From Veleropilina oligotropha (Eukaryota), in contig JBEUKZ010000129.1 in the NCBI GenBank assembly GCA_048128005.1, positions 186,001 to 250,000 on the forward strand: DNA of 64,000 nucleotides, in the 5' to 3' direction. Shown here piece by piece: positions 1-13,300 of this stretch (positions are counted from its first letter, which is position 1; every line of letters starts with the position of its first letter). The translations under genes and the position numbers were made by a program. The notes under the pieces are model-generated. The model was not told the origin of the DNA, ran no database searches, and worked only from the letters and a program-made list of their open reading frames with translations.

Positions 1-1170
1 TACTGTCATATTCATGTTTTCGAGCGTCTTTCAATAAAGACTGATTATGCATAAAATCAAGTTTTATTACATATTAATATTTTAATACATATATTCATTT
101 CCTAACAAAAAGCATTGAAAAAAAAAAATTGTAAATTTTTCTGGGCACACGATCAGTTTTGTGACTTCAACAATATTGGAGTTATCTCCCTTGGATAATG
201 GAATGACATTTCAAAGTCACATAATTTCCATATTAGCCACATATTCTTGGCCATTTTACATTTCCACAATATCATTGTAATCTTCCTTGAGACAAATGGC
301 AGCAGCAGCAGCTATAGCCCGTGGCACTTGGTGAACATCAGCTACGCTTGCTTCAGGAATGCTATGTCATTTTAGAAGAAGATTTGATTCTTTCTTGGAT
401 AAATATGCGACTTTAATCATGCCAATTATATTTATTATTGCTTATTAATGTAGAACCCAATGCTACATAATACCTTTGACTATATTTACTCTATAATCAA
501 CTACTAACAAATGTTTACTTTTAGAGTTTCTGTACATGAAAATGTAACGTTATTATATTAATTAGTATTATTTTGCTCATGACGTTAATCCGCCGTTCTG
601 ATTGGGTGACGTTAGTTACGTAAATACCCTTATACCCCTCCTGTTCGACGTCATTTTCAAACAGTAGTAGTACAAATAACTTATTACCCGTCTCCATAGA
701 GATCGGGGAGGCTCGGTTCATTTCGTAAACTCGAATAACGATGTCAGCTTCGTTAGAAGTAAACATATAGGCAAATGGTTGCGCTCGTAAAATGTGACAA
801 ACAACAATGATAATAGATAGGGAAAAGATAATTCAAATTAGAAGCAAGATAAATTCGTTGTCGAATCTTCGTCTTGGTAGTATACAGTACGTTGTACACC
901 TATTGACGTTGAACCACCTCGGCTATCGCCTCGGGTGTACAATGTACCGTATACTACCGCGATGAAATGATGAAATTAATTGGTGATGTTAGCAATAGAG
1001 GCAGCGATCAAGGGAAAATCCCCGGAACTATGGAATTAATGATTAGAATAAGATAAAATAAATCAATAGCATTGTTCCGTGTAATAGCCCTTTAAAGTGT
1101 CACGTCATAGCCTGACGGCTAAATTCAAAGCTGGCTGCAGCGATGAAGGAGTTGAACCAATTACACTCAC

Positions 1171-1350
1171 CCTAAAGCATGACAGCAGCAGTTGTATGCA
1201 GTATGGTAAGATTTCCTTCTCGACGCAAGCAGTCAGCAGTAACTGTCGGCCAGGCCCCGTAGATGTGGGGTTCACATCTTCATCGCCATGAGGCTCCAAC
1301 TGCACATTGGGAAGTGCATTTATGACGTCTAATATCAACTCACAAGATCT
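1171..1350 (-). CDS. INTS10: INTS10 exon 14 (RSCELILDVI...LLLTACVEKEILPYCIQLLLSCFR)
   Basis: Lies within ORF 1105-1452; TTTCAG acceptor, GTGAGT donor. Confidence 0.9.
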
Positions 1351-4300
1351 CTGAAAATTAATGAATGTGTAGACATCTTCAACACAGATGAATCGAAATG
1401 CTGAAGCACTTAAAAGTCGGAAAGCGAAAGAGTATTGTATTTCACAACACAAAAGTACCTTTTGGCCAAAGAAGTTGCAGTAGCTTACAAAGTATTATAT
1501 TTTAATAACATTAATTACAGCTGGGTTAGAAATTAAAAATTTAAGCATCGGACATTAATACATGACGGAAACGAAAGTGCTTAAATCAGAGTCATCAAGT
1601 TTCACGATTTGATCGCGAGTTCTGTGCCTGCCATATATAGGTACTTACAGCATATGATCCCAAACAGAAGAAGCAGCAGGCAAGTTGAAGTTGATTTCTT
1701 GTCTACAAATAAATAATCACCTTTCAATGATGCAAATTAAACATACAAATGAGTACATGTATGTACAAGTACAGTGCATGCCAACACTTTGCAGTCACTC
1801 AAGATTTCTCCGCCCTGTTTTGGCATTTTACACATTTTGAACATGTCCATAAACAGGATAATGACAAATCCATTTTGAAGAACGTTTTCATGTGTTTATT
1901 TTAAAATAAACATTAAAACAAGGGCCTGTTAGAAAACGGATTTATCCACAACATTCCGCAATCTTGAGCTCTATGATAATTCAACCAGAATTTACATGTT
2001 CATTTATTATTTATACAAAATTATATTCAAGAGCACTCCTAAGGTAAAATATGGTACCAATATAAGCATCATCAAACAATATGTATGCAATAATGGCCTG
2101 AAGGACGTAAATTCACTTATTTAATTTAAAAAGTCAACTTGAACCAAAATGTATATGTCCACAAACACTAATTTCACATGTTATGTATATTATAAATCAC
2201 TTGCAGATGAGGGAGCAGCACCAATGTAGTCAACACTACAGTATATGGATGTAAAACAGTGCCTAGTACAACCCATAAGAGCCCATTGAAAAACTTTAAC
2301 CAAAATTTCTATGTCCACAAACACAGATTTTTATGCAATAATTATATTAAATTTAATTCAACATCACTTCCAAATTATCAGTTGACATTCATATTATCAA
2401 TACCAAAGCAAATATACACCAAAATGTTGTTTAAGCAACTCATATACAGTCAATGTAATATGCAATATACTAGTTTATCATATATCCAGGTCATTTTACA
2501 TAGCAACAAAGTGTTTAATAAAAACGATATTACACATGTAACTTATGGCTTTCTGTGTAATTTTGATTGGATAATTTAATCAATGGGACCGAACAGACAA
2601 TTGTAGAACGGGTCACAAAGGTCATTGCGAGTAATTGAGGACTTCTTTCAATACTACGATTTTTATTATGAACGTGGTTATTGCAGTGTTGCAGGAATAG
2701 TACTCGTATGTGCAACTAACGATCAATATTTAGTAAAACTATTAGGTGTAGATATCCAGGTAAGATCGTTTAACTCCCGATTATCATAGCATGCAAAATT
2801 CAATATAGTAGTTTCCAATTTACTTTCCGTTATGTAGTCTATTGGTGTACATTTCATTCACAGCAATTATAGCAGCCACATTGCCGTCGGTTCGACCTCA
2901 TTTTACATGGAAACTAACATATTAACGTTGAATTTTTTAAAAATTATTCTGAAATCATGTTTTATAATTGTTAACATATACAAAGTCGACAAATTTTTCC
3001 TGATTCTGATGTTTTATAATGTAAGTTAACAAAATTTCGTCGTGAAGCAGACGACAAATAGTTTCAATGTCCACAACGTTAACGAATTTGACATACAAGC
3101 TTCATGCATGCCGCGCATTTAATGTTCTTTGAATAGAGCTTGCTAGTAGTATAATATTGATAACGCGACATTAGTTCATTTCATAACAGAATTTGTTGCT
3201 CTTTATAGTATAGAGAGTCGGTAAGAATGGGGATTATTTTTCACACCCATTGCTACATTTCCATGACGTCAACAATCACAAGTTTCACCTTCCATTACTA
3301 TGCCGCATAATTATGTTAGAACGCGTCAACAAAATTAAAAGCAACGTTGTACAGCTTGTTTCTTTATAAATTTAAGATATATGATAAATAGAATCTCACA
3401 TTCGTGGTCATTTAATATCACATTTATGAAACTCGTTATCTAATTTTCATATTTTCCACGGTGAAACCTTGGTAAATATGAAAATTAGTTAACTCGTTTC
3501 ATAAATGTGATATTAAATTACCACTCATGTGAGATCCCCTCTTTATCACATGACAAAGCTGTTATGGAACAGTAGAAGCCGTTCCATAAATTTTGATACG
3601 AAAAGACACATTTCATAAGTATGCAAATGAGGGCGAGCATGACGCCATGTCGTTGCATCTGGCGCCAAGTTGATTAGGTGGCACGTGCTGTCGAGGCGTG
3701 ATGCGTCTGAGGCAGGCCGTTTAATGACTGAAATTAATGACAGAAATGAGTTTTAAAACGTAAAGAAATCAGTTTAAAAACGTAATAAAATAAGTTTAAC
3801 GGTAAATAAAGTCATGTAATAAACAAAATATCAAACTTGTTTCCATTTCATATGAGAATTATGAAACTTGTCAGCAAATTTATGTACCTCGCCAAGGCTC
3901 GGTACATAAATTGTGTCTGACTCGTTTCATAATTCTCATATGAAATGGACACTCTTTCGATATCCTCTATATACTGAACAAAATAAGAAACTTCCACTAA
4001 GTTTGCTTGAACATAGCTGGATGAAAACAAACCGCGGGAATCATTGTTATATAATATATTATGCGTTTAAAGAGTGTTCCATGATGCATCGTTTGGTGAA
4101 AACATCATGGCCATAGGTAAATAGAAAATGCAAGAAATTTTGACCAAGTGAGGTAGGGGTTAAAACCAAAAAGAACACTTAATAATGGGTATGACCACCT
4201 CTTGAATTGACCACTGCAGTGTATCGCCGGCGCATAGAATTGACTCAAGTGTTTATTTCTGCCTGTGGAATATTGTTCCATTCCTGAATGAGTGCTTGAC

Positions 4301-7300
4301 GAAGTTCGCTGACGTTCGCGGGTGGTTAGGACGACGCCTCACTCATCTGTCCAGACTATACAAGACTTTATTTGCCCTAAGAAAATTTACAGAATCTCTA
4401 GCTGTATGAGATGTGGCATTATCATGGTGAAAAATCAAGTTGTTGGCGTTGTTATGGAACAAAGGAATGACGTGATGTGCGAGAATGTCATCACGGTAAC
4501 GTTGAGCATTTAACCCTTTAGCATTTACATTACCATTCGGCTTATATAGCCTATGTATTCACATTAATAACCAAAATATTGACTAAAATGGACATACTTC
4601 TTCTCTGCACCACAATTTGAAAAATGTCTGTCATAGCTTAATTAAACTTTGTCACATTCAGCATATGTCATTGCTGCATCAAAATGTACCTCATATTTCA
4701 AAAGATATCATGCCCAAAGCCAGGTAATATCAGGTGAGTAGCAGAATTTACAGGTATTTCAGGAAGAAATTTACAATAAAAGTATTATATTAGTTCTTGT
4801 GTTGTTGTATTTTATCAAATATCCATTAAATCCTAATGGCACACATATATTAGTTATGAAATGAGAAAAAATAACTGGGGATCATAGTAATTTATTGCAG
4901 GTAGTCATATGCTATTCACACAGTGCCTGCATGTGAATTAAATGCAAATAAACAACTGTACAACTGCAACATTTATAATTTTGCTTGGGAAAATGTAATG
5001 AAAAGTATTTATAAGTTGTTGCTGCATCAAAATGTACCTCAAATTTCAAAAGATATATTGTCCGAAGTCAGGTAATACCAGGTAAGTAACAGAATTTACA
5101 GGTATTTCAGGAAGAAATTAAAATAAAAGTATTATAAAAGACCTTGTGTTATTGTATTATATCAAATATCCATGAAATTGTAATGGCACACATATTAGTT
5201 ATGAAATTAAAATAAATAACTGGCCAGTGGGTATCTGATATCATAGTTTTTCATTGCAGGTTTTGGTAATACAGGTAGGCATATGATATTCTCACAGTGC
5301 CTTTATGTGAATTCAAAGCAAATAAACAGCTGAACAACAGCAATATTTATAATTTGGCATGAATAAATAAACTGCAAGTGTTTATTGGCCATTTGGCATA
5401 CCAATGAAATCTAAAAATTATACTTAGGCCTATACATTTAATAATTAAGGTAAAATATATTACAGGTAATAGATAGCTTATCAATAGCATAATCGTTACA
5501 TAATGCTTATTAAATTAGTTCGATAGAGAATCATGGAACAACAAGAGAGTTAATTTGAATTCCTATCATGGAGTTTTCGTTGAATAGGCCTACCTATCAT
5601 ATTACTTATTTTGAAGCAAGTCGTAACCTGCCGTTGGTGGCCGCCATCTTGAATTTGCGCTATTGTCAATCTTTCGACTTTCGTTTGCCTACCTATTTGT
5701 TTTCCAAAAAGATTCTGGTTGGAAAGAAAAAATAATTTAGAAACTTTGCATCTACCGATTACGTATGCGTTGGTCCATGCCGTACTGGAAGGTGCAGTAT
5801 TAAAAATTCATGTAAAACTTCCGCAATACCATTCGGAAGTCAAACTGTCGTCCTCGTGGCTATTTTCGTTTGAAGTGGCTTCACTATTCCGCAATTCGGT
5901 TTACCTTCATCGCTGTCTAAGTTAAAAACATCGATGTCAAATTATCTGTCAAGTTCATCCTAATATCTCCGTTGCATTTTCCATCGCTTCGATAGCATTT
6001 TCTACTAAAATACCATCCAAATCCGATTCGGAGTCGTTAATATCCATTCCGATAAACGTACAGCATTCGCGCCCAGGCAAAAATGACTTTTAATCGAAAA
6101 AATTGGCCCAAAACGTATTTTCCAGCGAGTTTTCTGCCATTTGCAAATGGCGACATACTGGCTCTCGTTAAACTCTCGCAAAGGCAATGTCTGGGGTCCC
6201 ATAAAGGTTTTATGTATCCTGAGAACAAAATTTGAAATAGCGGTCGGGTTCGGCCGGTTTAAACATAACGACGTCATATTTTCGCGGGCGGTTTCGGACG
6301 GTTTAAATGCTAAAGAGTTAAATTGCCATCAATGACGACTAGTGTTGAACGATAACCATGGGCAATGGCTGCCCAAACCATGACAGAACTCCCACCCCCG
6401 AAATGATCTCGTTCAAGAACACAACAGTCAGCATAGCGTTCATTTCTCCTACGGTTGACGCGCACCATGCCATCACCACGTTGTAAAGAACATCTGGATT
6501 CGTCCGAAAAAAGAACGGTATTCCAACGTCGTCGTGTCCAATGAGTGTGTACACGTGCCCAATTAAGTCGATTTACACAATGACGTTGCATTAAAACTCA
6601 ACTGACGTAAGGACGTCGTGCGTGTAAACCGTTCTCCCGCAGAAGATTACGAGCAGTTTTCCCACTGATTCGGTTATTATGAAGCCCAGGTGTGTTAACA
6701 GCAGTAGCAGTGGCAGTTTGGAATCGATTGCGCAAATGCGTGTTGATGATATAGACCACGCGTTGTAACATGCAGACGACCATGACTTGGCAATTCGTCA
6801 GTGCGTCCTGTTGTTCGAAATTGTGCGCAAAAACTAGAAATCCCAACATACCCTGCAATGTCTTCTGTCGACATGCCTGCATCAAGCATGCCAATCGCAT
6901 GTTCGCATAAATTATTGGCTATTCTTGGCATACTAAAAATGCTACAATGTAAAAATGTTATTTTTTTTACAAATTTTGAAGCGTTTTCGTTCGTTTGACA
7001 ACGATGTCAGTAAGACAAGTAAAACAAATTGACCGAATACCACACGGGACATGTTGAACAATGCATGCACGTGCACATCGATTTGTCGACGATCAACATT
7101 GCAAAAATAATCGCTAAAATACATGAATCCTGATAAGGGCTGTTCCAGAAAAAATGATATTGGGGGGGGGGGGGGGGGGTTTGAAGGCAGTCCATATATT
7201 TTTCCATGGGTTGTTGTCTATTGCCATTTTGTAATTCTATAGGTTATTGTAATTTTAACAAATTCAATTCTATAGGTTGTTTTTTTCACTGTCATAGCTA

Positions 7301-10300
7301 AATAGCATGTCCTTAATATGCAAGCCACATCGATATATCTATCATATCATGACTGAAACCATGACAATTCCCGATAATATTAATAATAATCTCTGGTCCC
7401 TAGTATGTAATCTTATAACTGTTATATATCTCTCTCGCTCTGTATAAAGGCGTTGGGCGGGAGAAAGCGTTAATGTCTCCCCTGGTATAAATACAATGAT
7501 CTCTCTCTCAGTGTGTAATGCAGCAGGCGAGCAGGATTGTCTCCTTTTGTGGTTCTTATTCTTCAGTGTCTAGTCACACACACATACATAAATATAAGCA
7601 AAGTTACAAATTATTGTGTCACAGAGTGCATATATAATAGTATCTAGATCTGAGTAAAGTAATGCTATCTTTTTAACTCGTGATTACATTTCTATAGGTT
7701 GTCGTATTTGCAATTTATTAAAATATATAGGTCATGGTCATTTGAGGAAATGCAAATCTATAGGTGGTGGGGTTGAAATGAAAGTGCCTTTTCACCTCCC
7801 CCCCCCCCCCATACCACTTTTTCTGGAAGAGCCCAAATATAGGTCAAAGCGCATACTACATAATATCTAATTTCATTACACAGTGCTTTCTTTAACACAA
7901 CAAATACTATGTGTACAAATTGGAAGTTTCTTATTTTGTTCAGTATATATGCCAAAAAGTCTCATAGGCAAATTTATACACTCAATTTGAAAATTTAACC
8001 AAATTGTTTACGGATGGCCGGATGGGGCAACAACAATAATCCCGCTACTTTTGGGTATGGTATAACAATGTGGGTTTTCTAATAATTTTCATTAAAAATA
8101 TACCACCAGGACCAAGATTTCCCACTGATCAACCTGGCCCATCTCAAATGTTGCACTGCTCCAAATTTGATTTAAGACCAACTACATATATAGCCAAACA
8201 AGTCTATCAATTTCCCATGTCTACATAATACTCCTACTCTTCAGAAGTAGCGGTAGCATTAAATCTCTGTACGAAACACCAGCAGCATAACTGTTGACTT
8301 CTGAGGGCGAAAAATCTGAAATTTCTTCAACAAAGATTTAAAACAATGCAGTGAGTTCATGTAGATTTAGGATTTTGCACGAATCACTGACTGATGAAGA
8401 CTTTTTCACCGAAACAACTTAAAATATATTTTAGGCATACCTGTAATTTCTCAGAAACATCAGTGGCAAAAGTTTGAATGTGAGCAACAGCTTCCTGGAA
8501 TGAACCCTAAAAGAGAAAAATAAAAGCATGTAAGCATCAACATATTAATAGAAATGTCACCACACAGCTGGAATATGCATATTATTAAGTATCTGTACAT
8601 GACAGGATAAGATTCAAACAATACAAATTTGCATGCAGCATGCCATAATGAATATATATCATGAAAATGGTGGTATTATCCTACCTTATAAATAAACATA
8701 TCTGTTTGAAAATGTCCCATCCAAGACCATGTTTCCATTTTCCAGTTTTGACATAATCTGATGAAATCTGCAAGGAAAAAAGTTTTAAGAATATATGTGG
8801 TAGTGTATGATTTATCTGCAATAAAATTATAACAATACAGTACATTGAAAAAAGACCCTATTCAAAATGTACAAAATCATTTATTGTTCAACTATATTTG
8901 TTCAACTTGGAACAATGTTTGTGGATGGATATGTACATGTCTCGGGAGACAATCTGCAATCCGTAAAATGTATAGTAGGCTTATAAAATTTTCTGCAAAT
9001 TTCTACTTGTGATGTTCTCATTCTGCAGGTATCCTGTGTAATAATGGATAAGAACATGGCTTCCAATTAACTCCCCTGATTGATTTGATTAACATGAGGA
9101 ATTTTGAATCCCGTTGGACAAATTTGCTCAATAAACAGTCACAGTTGTCACGTAACTCGATAGTGAGAAAGGGCGACCTTATCGCGACTGGGCTTTCCCA
9201 CAGTGATATAAGGAAATGTCCTTGTATTAACCTGAAAGTTGCTAAAAAACCCGAACAACTCATTCACTGTAAAAATTGTGAACAGAGTTATTCAAGCATC
9301 GGTCCAAACAAATCCAATGTTGTTGTTATATCAACAGCTTGAATATCACCTCTTTTCAGCTCCCCAGAAGTATGTAATAACTCATAACATTTTAAGGCAG
9401 TAACAAAGTTCTGTATAATGTTTGGAGCATTCGGTACAGACGAGCTGGGGTGAATATGAGGCTGTATTGGCCCATCTGGTCGTAGCTTCTTGATTTTTGG
9501 CCTGCAATAAAAGACAGATAATATCAATATTCAGAAAGACAACAGTTCAATACTGGAACATGCACAATCGCACTCGGACAAATGAGACATGGGCCTATTT
9601 AATCTTGACTTGAATATGGTTAGACTTTGGGTGGACGGCAAATGAGAACGCAGATCAAATAAAGTATATGTAGCATTCCATATACGTAAGAACCGAATTC
9701 AATAGTTAGACATTATGGGGTCGATTCCTGTACAAAATTATTACCTGGTTGGCAGTGGCAGAATATGTCAGAATGACTGGTCAAGCGCCTAACAGGCATG
9801 TACTTGACCATAATACTTTCAGAGAGAGTTGAGAACGAATATTGAGTGAACAGGCCAATAACCAGGGGAATAATAATGTAAGCGCTTTGAGCACGCATTT
9901 CATATGTGTGGGAAAGCGCAGATAAATCTTCACATTATTATTATTATTTAATTCTCCGGATATTTGAAGCATTTCTCCAGCAATAATATAGATATATCCC
10001 AACATGACTCCCGATGTTGAATAGGACAAGAAATTCCAAATATAAATTTAATACATTAAACTAGCGAATCCTCGACTATGCAAGTAATGTATCCCCATCC
10101 ACGGTGGCCATCAGTGGCGACTAACATGCATAATCAAACCAGATTAGAACTTTTCACTGTAGAGAGCGCACAAGAAATCGCTTTAAACAAATCTCTTCAA
10201 ACAAAATGGCTGCCACGACAGCCATCTTGAATACAAAAAACAACAAATCATTATGCGACGTGTCCTCATCATACCAATCGTGTATATCAAATCTGTAATA

Positions 10301-13300
10301 AATCGGATATTAACTTTTCACTGTAGAGTGTGCACAAGAAATCTCATGATACAAAATGGCCGCCACGGTGGCCATCTTGGATCCAAAAACAATTAAAATT
10401 GCCAGGCGGTGTGTCCTCTTCAGAATTAATGCGCATACCAAATTTGAATCAACTTGGATAAAAACTTTTCACTGTAGAGCTCGCACAAGAAATCTCATCA
10501 AACAAAATGGCCGCCATGGTGGCCATATTGGATCGGAAGAGTACGAAAATATTAGGTGGCATGCCCTCATCGTTATGAACGCGCATACCATATATGAATC
10601 AAATCGGATAAGAACTTTACATTGTAGAGCGCGCACAAGAAATCTCTCGAAACAAAATGACCGCAACGGTGGCCATCTTGAATCTGAAAACGATGAAAAT
10701 CGTTAGGCGGATTGGATTATAACTTTTCACTGTAGAGCGCACACAAGAAATCTCTGCGGCGGCTGAACGTTGACTAAACCATACTATCCCCGACTATTGA
10801 TAGTCCGGGGATACAATAAAGGCACCTCTTTGCATTTGTGAATTAAATCGCTTGACTGCTCATATTTATAACAGAAGTAGATTTGAATCTTCGTTGCGAA
10901 CTGAATCTTCGTTGCGAACTGAATCTTCGTTGCGAAGGGTGTTAAAATGGGACATTATGTATAGATCCACGGCGTGTCCTTACTCGGTTTGATGATCCTG
11001 GTTTGCTTTGAATCCTTCAATCAGAACTACAGGAACAGACAATGAGCTGCCACCACCTGAAAAACCAGCATGTCATGAAGCCTTGGACTTCGTTACTAGT
11101 AGTAAACACTCTAGTGTACACTATGACGCCATCTCATGTCAAATTGAATGGAATTCTTCAAAAATTCAAACAAGAGAAGAATATATTGTGGACGACTTTA
11201 TTTTCGTATGTAAAATTGTAGCAACCTTAAGCTTCAAGGTCACATCCATATTAACGTGTGAGGAAAGGAAATGCAGTCTCCCATTGTCGGGAAAACTTGC
11301 CCATTCTGGTCACTGATGATCAAATGTTAAATCTATAAAAACAAGGAATCCAACCAACTCCTGAGAAGCAGCAAAATCAGCACGAGTTAATTTCAAGCAG
11401 GATGGTCAATGGCGTCATCTTTCAATGACAATTAAGTACAATCAAATATTATTCTTAAAGACCGGACTGCTACTATAAAAAGCGAGAGCGAGTGGTGAGC
11501 TCATTTCAGATTTGGTAAGCGACCCGAGCACATCAAGAAATCGACATATGAATGGTTCGCAAATGGTTACAATAACAGCATTACAATTACGAACTGTTCT
11601 TTGTTGTTACATGTACAGAAATTATCACCTGAAGCCTTGACATGCAAGCTTGAATAGCTGACAATGTTACCATCATGTAATGCCATGCCCTTAACTCGAA
11701 GGTAAAGTCCACGACAGGCTGGATGCAAAGTAGTCTTTAATATAAAGAAATGACATTAAACTATTGGTAAAACTATAATTTTGTTTAATCACATCAAATA
11801 CCTGCAAATATTTCTGTGTCAACATGGCTGACATATGTATACAGACACTCCAGGAACAACACAGTGGTTGTGTGCAGCACTTGTTTATGGTAAAGATCAG
11901 AGCCGGTTTGTCGAGCAAGAGCGCATATACTCAACACATGCTGCCACTGTGTCTCTCTGAGGAGAGAAATATATATATACAAGACAATACAAAATAATGT
12001 ACATGTATTTAAACCAATATATTACTGCATAAGTAATTTTTGGAGGCCACAACATTATTATAAATGTCGCTAAAATATTTATAGCGGTACTTGTCAAAAT
12101 ATAAGACATACTGTATTATTAAATTGAGACAGCTATTTTTAGAACAATAATTGATAAGATTATATATAAAGTTAAGTAAGCAACATGTTTAATTATGATT
12201 TCTCGATGAATTTAATAGCTCAGTTAATATACATTATGCTTGACAAAATATCAATAAACAACAAAACAATCCATGGACCAATGATACAGTTGGCAGATTT
12301 GGAGACATGGCAAATATCAATATTTTGCTAAAACACACTTTTATTTTAACATCGAAATACATGTAAATTAGATCAAATGACGTGAAGGTCATGATTTGAA
12401 CGAATATACTCGATGCAGCATGAATATCAGCTATAACCGGCACAGAACCTTGGAGCTTTCCTGACCTTGAAGATGTAAACAGGTTGGCCTCCATCTCCCA
12501 GTTCAGGTGTATGCCGATTTGCAGCAGGAGCTTAAACAGATTGCCCCACGGGTCCAGCACCATGCTCTCCTTGTCTGGCAGGCCAACGATGGACGGGTAC
12601 TTCTTCGTGAGAAGAGACTTCTTTGAGGGCGACAATAAATCACCACCTAAATCGAATAAACGATGAATTTAATTAAGTTTATTCGGCTACTTAAAACGGC
12701 ATATGAATACATTGGGCCAATTAGTTGGATACTTCTACATAAAATATATCAATGTGTATTATAGACTCTGTAGGGTGAGGCATATAATCTATGAGCATTA
12801 GGGTCAAGGTAGCACAATGCAGGGTTGGGTAATCCTTATAAAAGATAGAGAATGCATATTAGCCTAGATTCTGGAGATTAAAGGAAATAAGTGACTCAGA
12901 CGTCAGACTGAGTGTACATGCCATGCTTCTAACAAACAAGATAATTCAAGCGTAATTGCTAACCACATGACATGATCATGATGACATCGATCAACCAATC
13001 AAACTATACTGTACCCTTATCAAATTATAACAAGAAGTGTGGGAGCCACACATTATCCCATCGGGTTTGTCGTAATTGATGGAGTGTACATTTTTAAGTT
13101 GAAAAAGTGGAATAACTGTGCACATACTTGGCGAAATTTTAGCAAAATGTAACATGACCCCCTGTATTTTATTTGCAAACAGTCACAAGATGCGAACAAT
13201 ATCTGATGCGAGGTTATGAAGATAATTGACGGAAACTAAATATTTATGTGTAAAAGGGGGATAACTGTGCAAATATTCGGCAGAATAATCGGAAATTCAA

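Larger units (their letters stand above)
3972..7945 (-). mobile_element. Tc1/mariner (DD34E-type) transposon, degenerate, carrying two nested insertions
   Basis: 25-bp TIR TACTGAACAAAATAAGAAACTTCCA at 3972-3996, inverted at 7921-7945, flanked by TA. Confidence 0.9.

Noticed and set aside
285..400. Next INTS10 exon
   Set aside because: GC-richer patch, but I found no frame resembling the expected downstream peptide (DDMALGHVIVLLQ-like).
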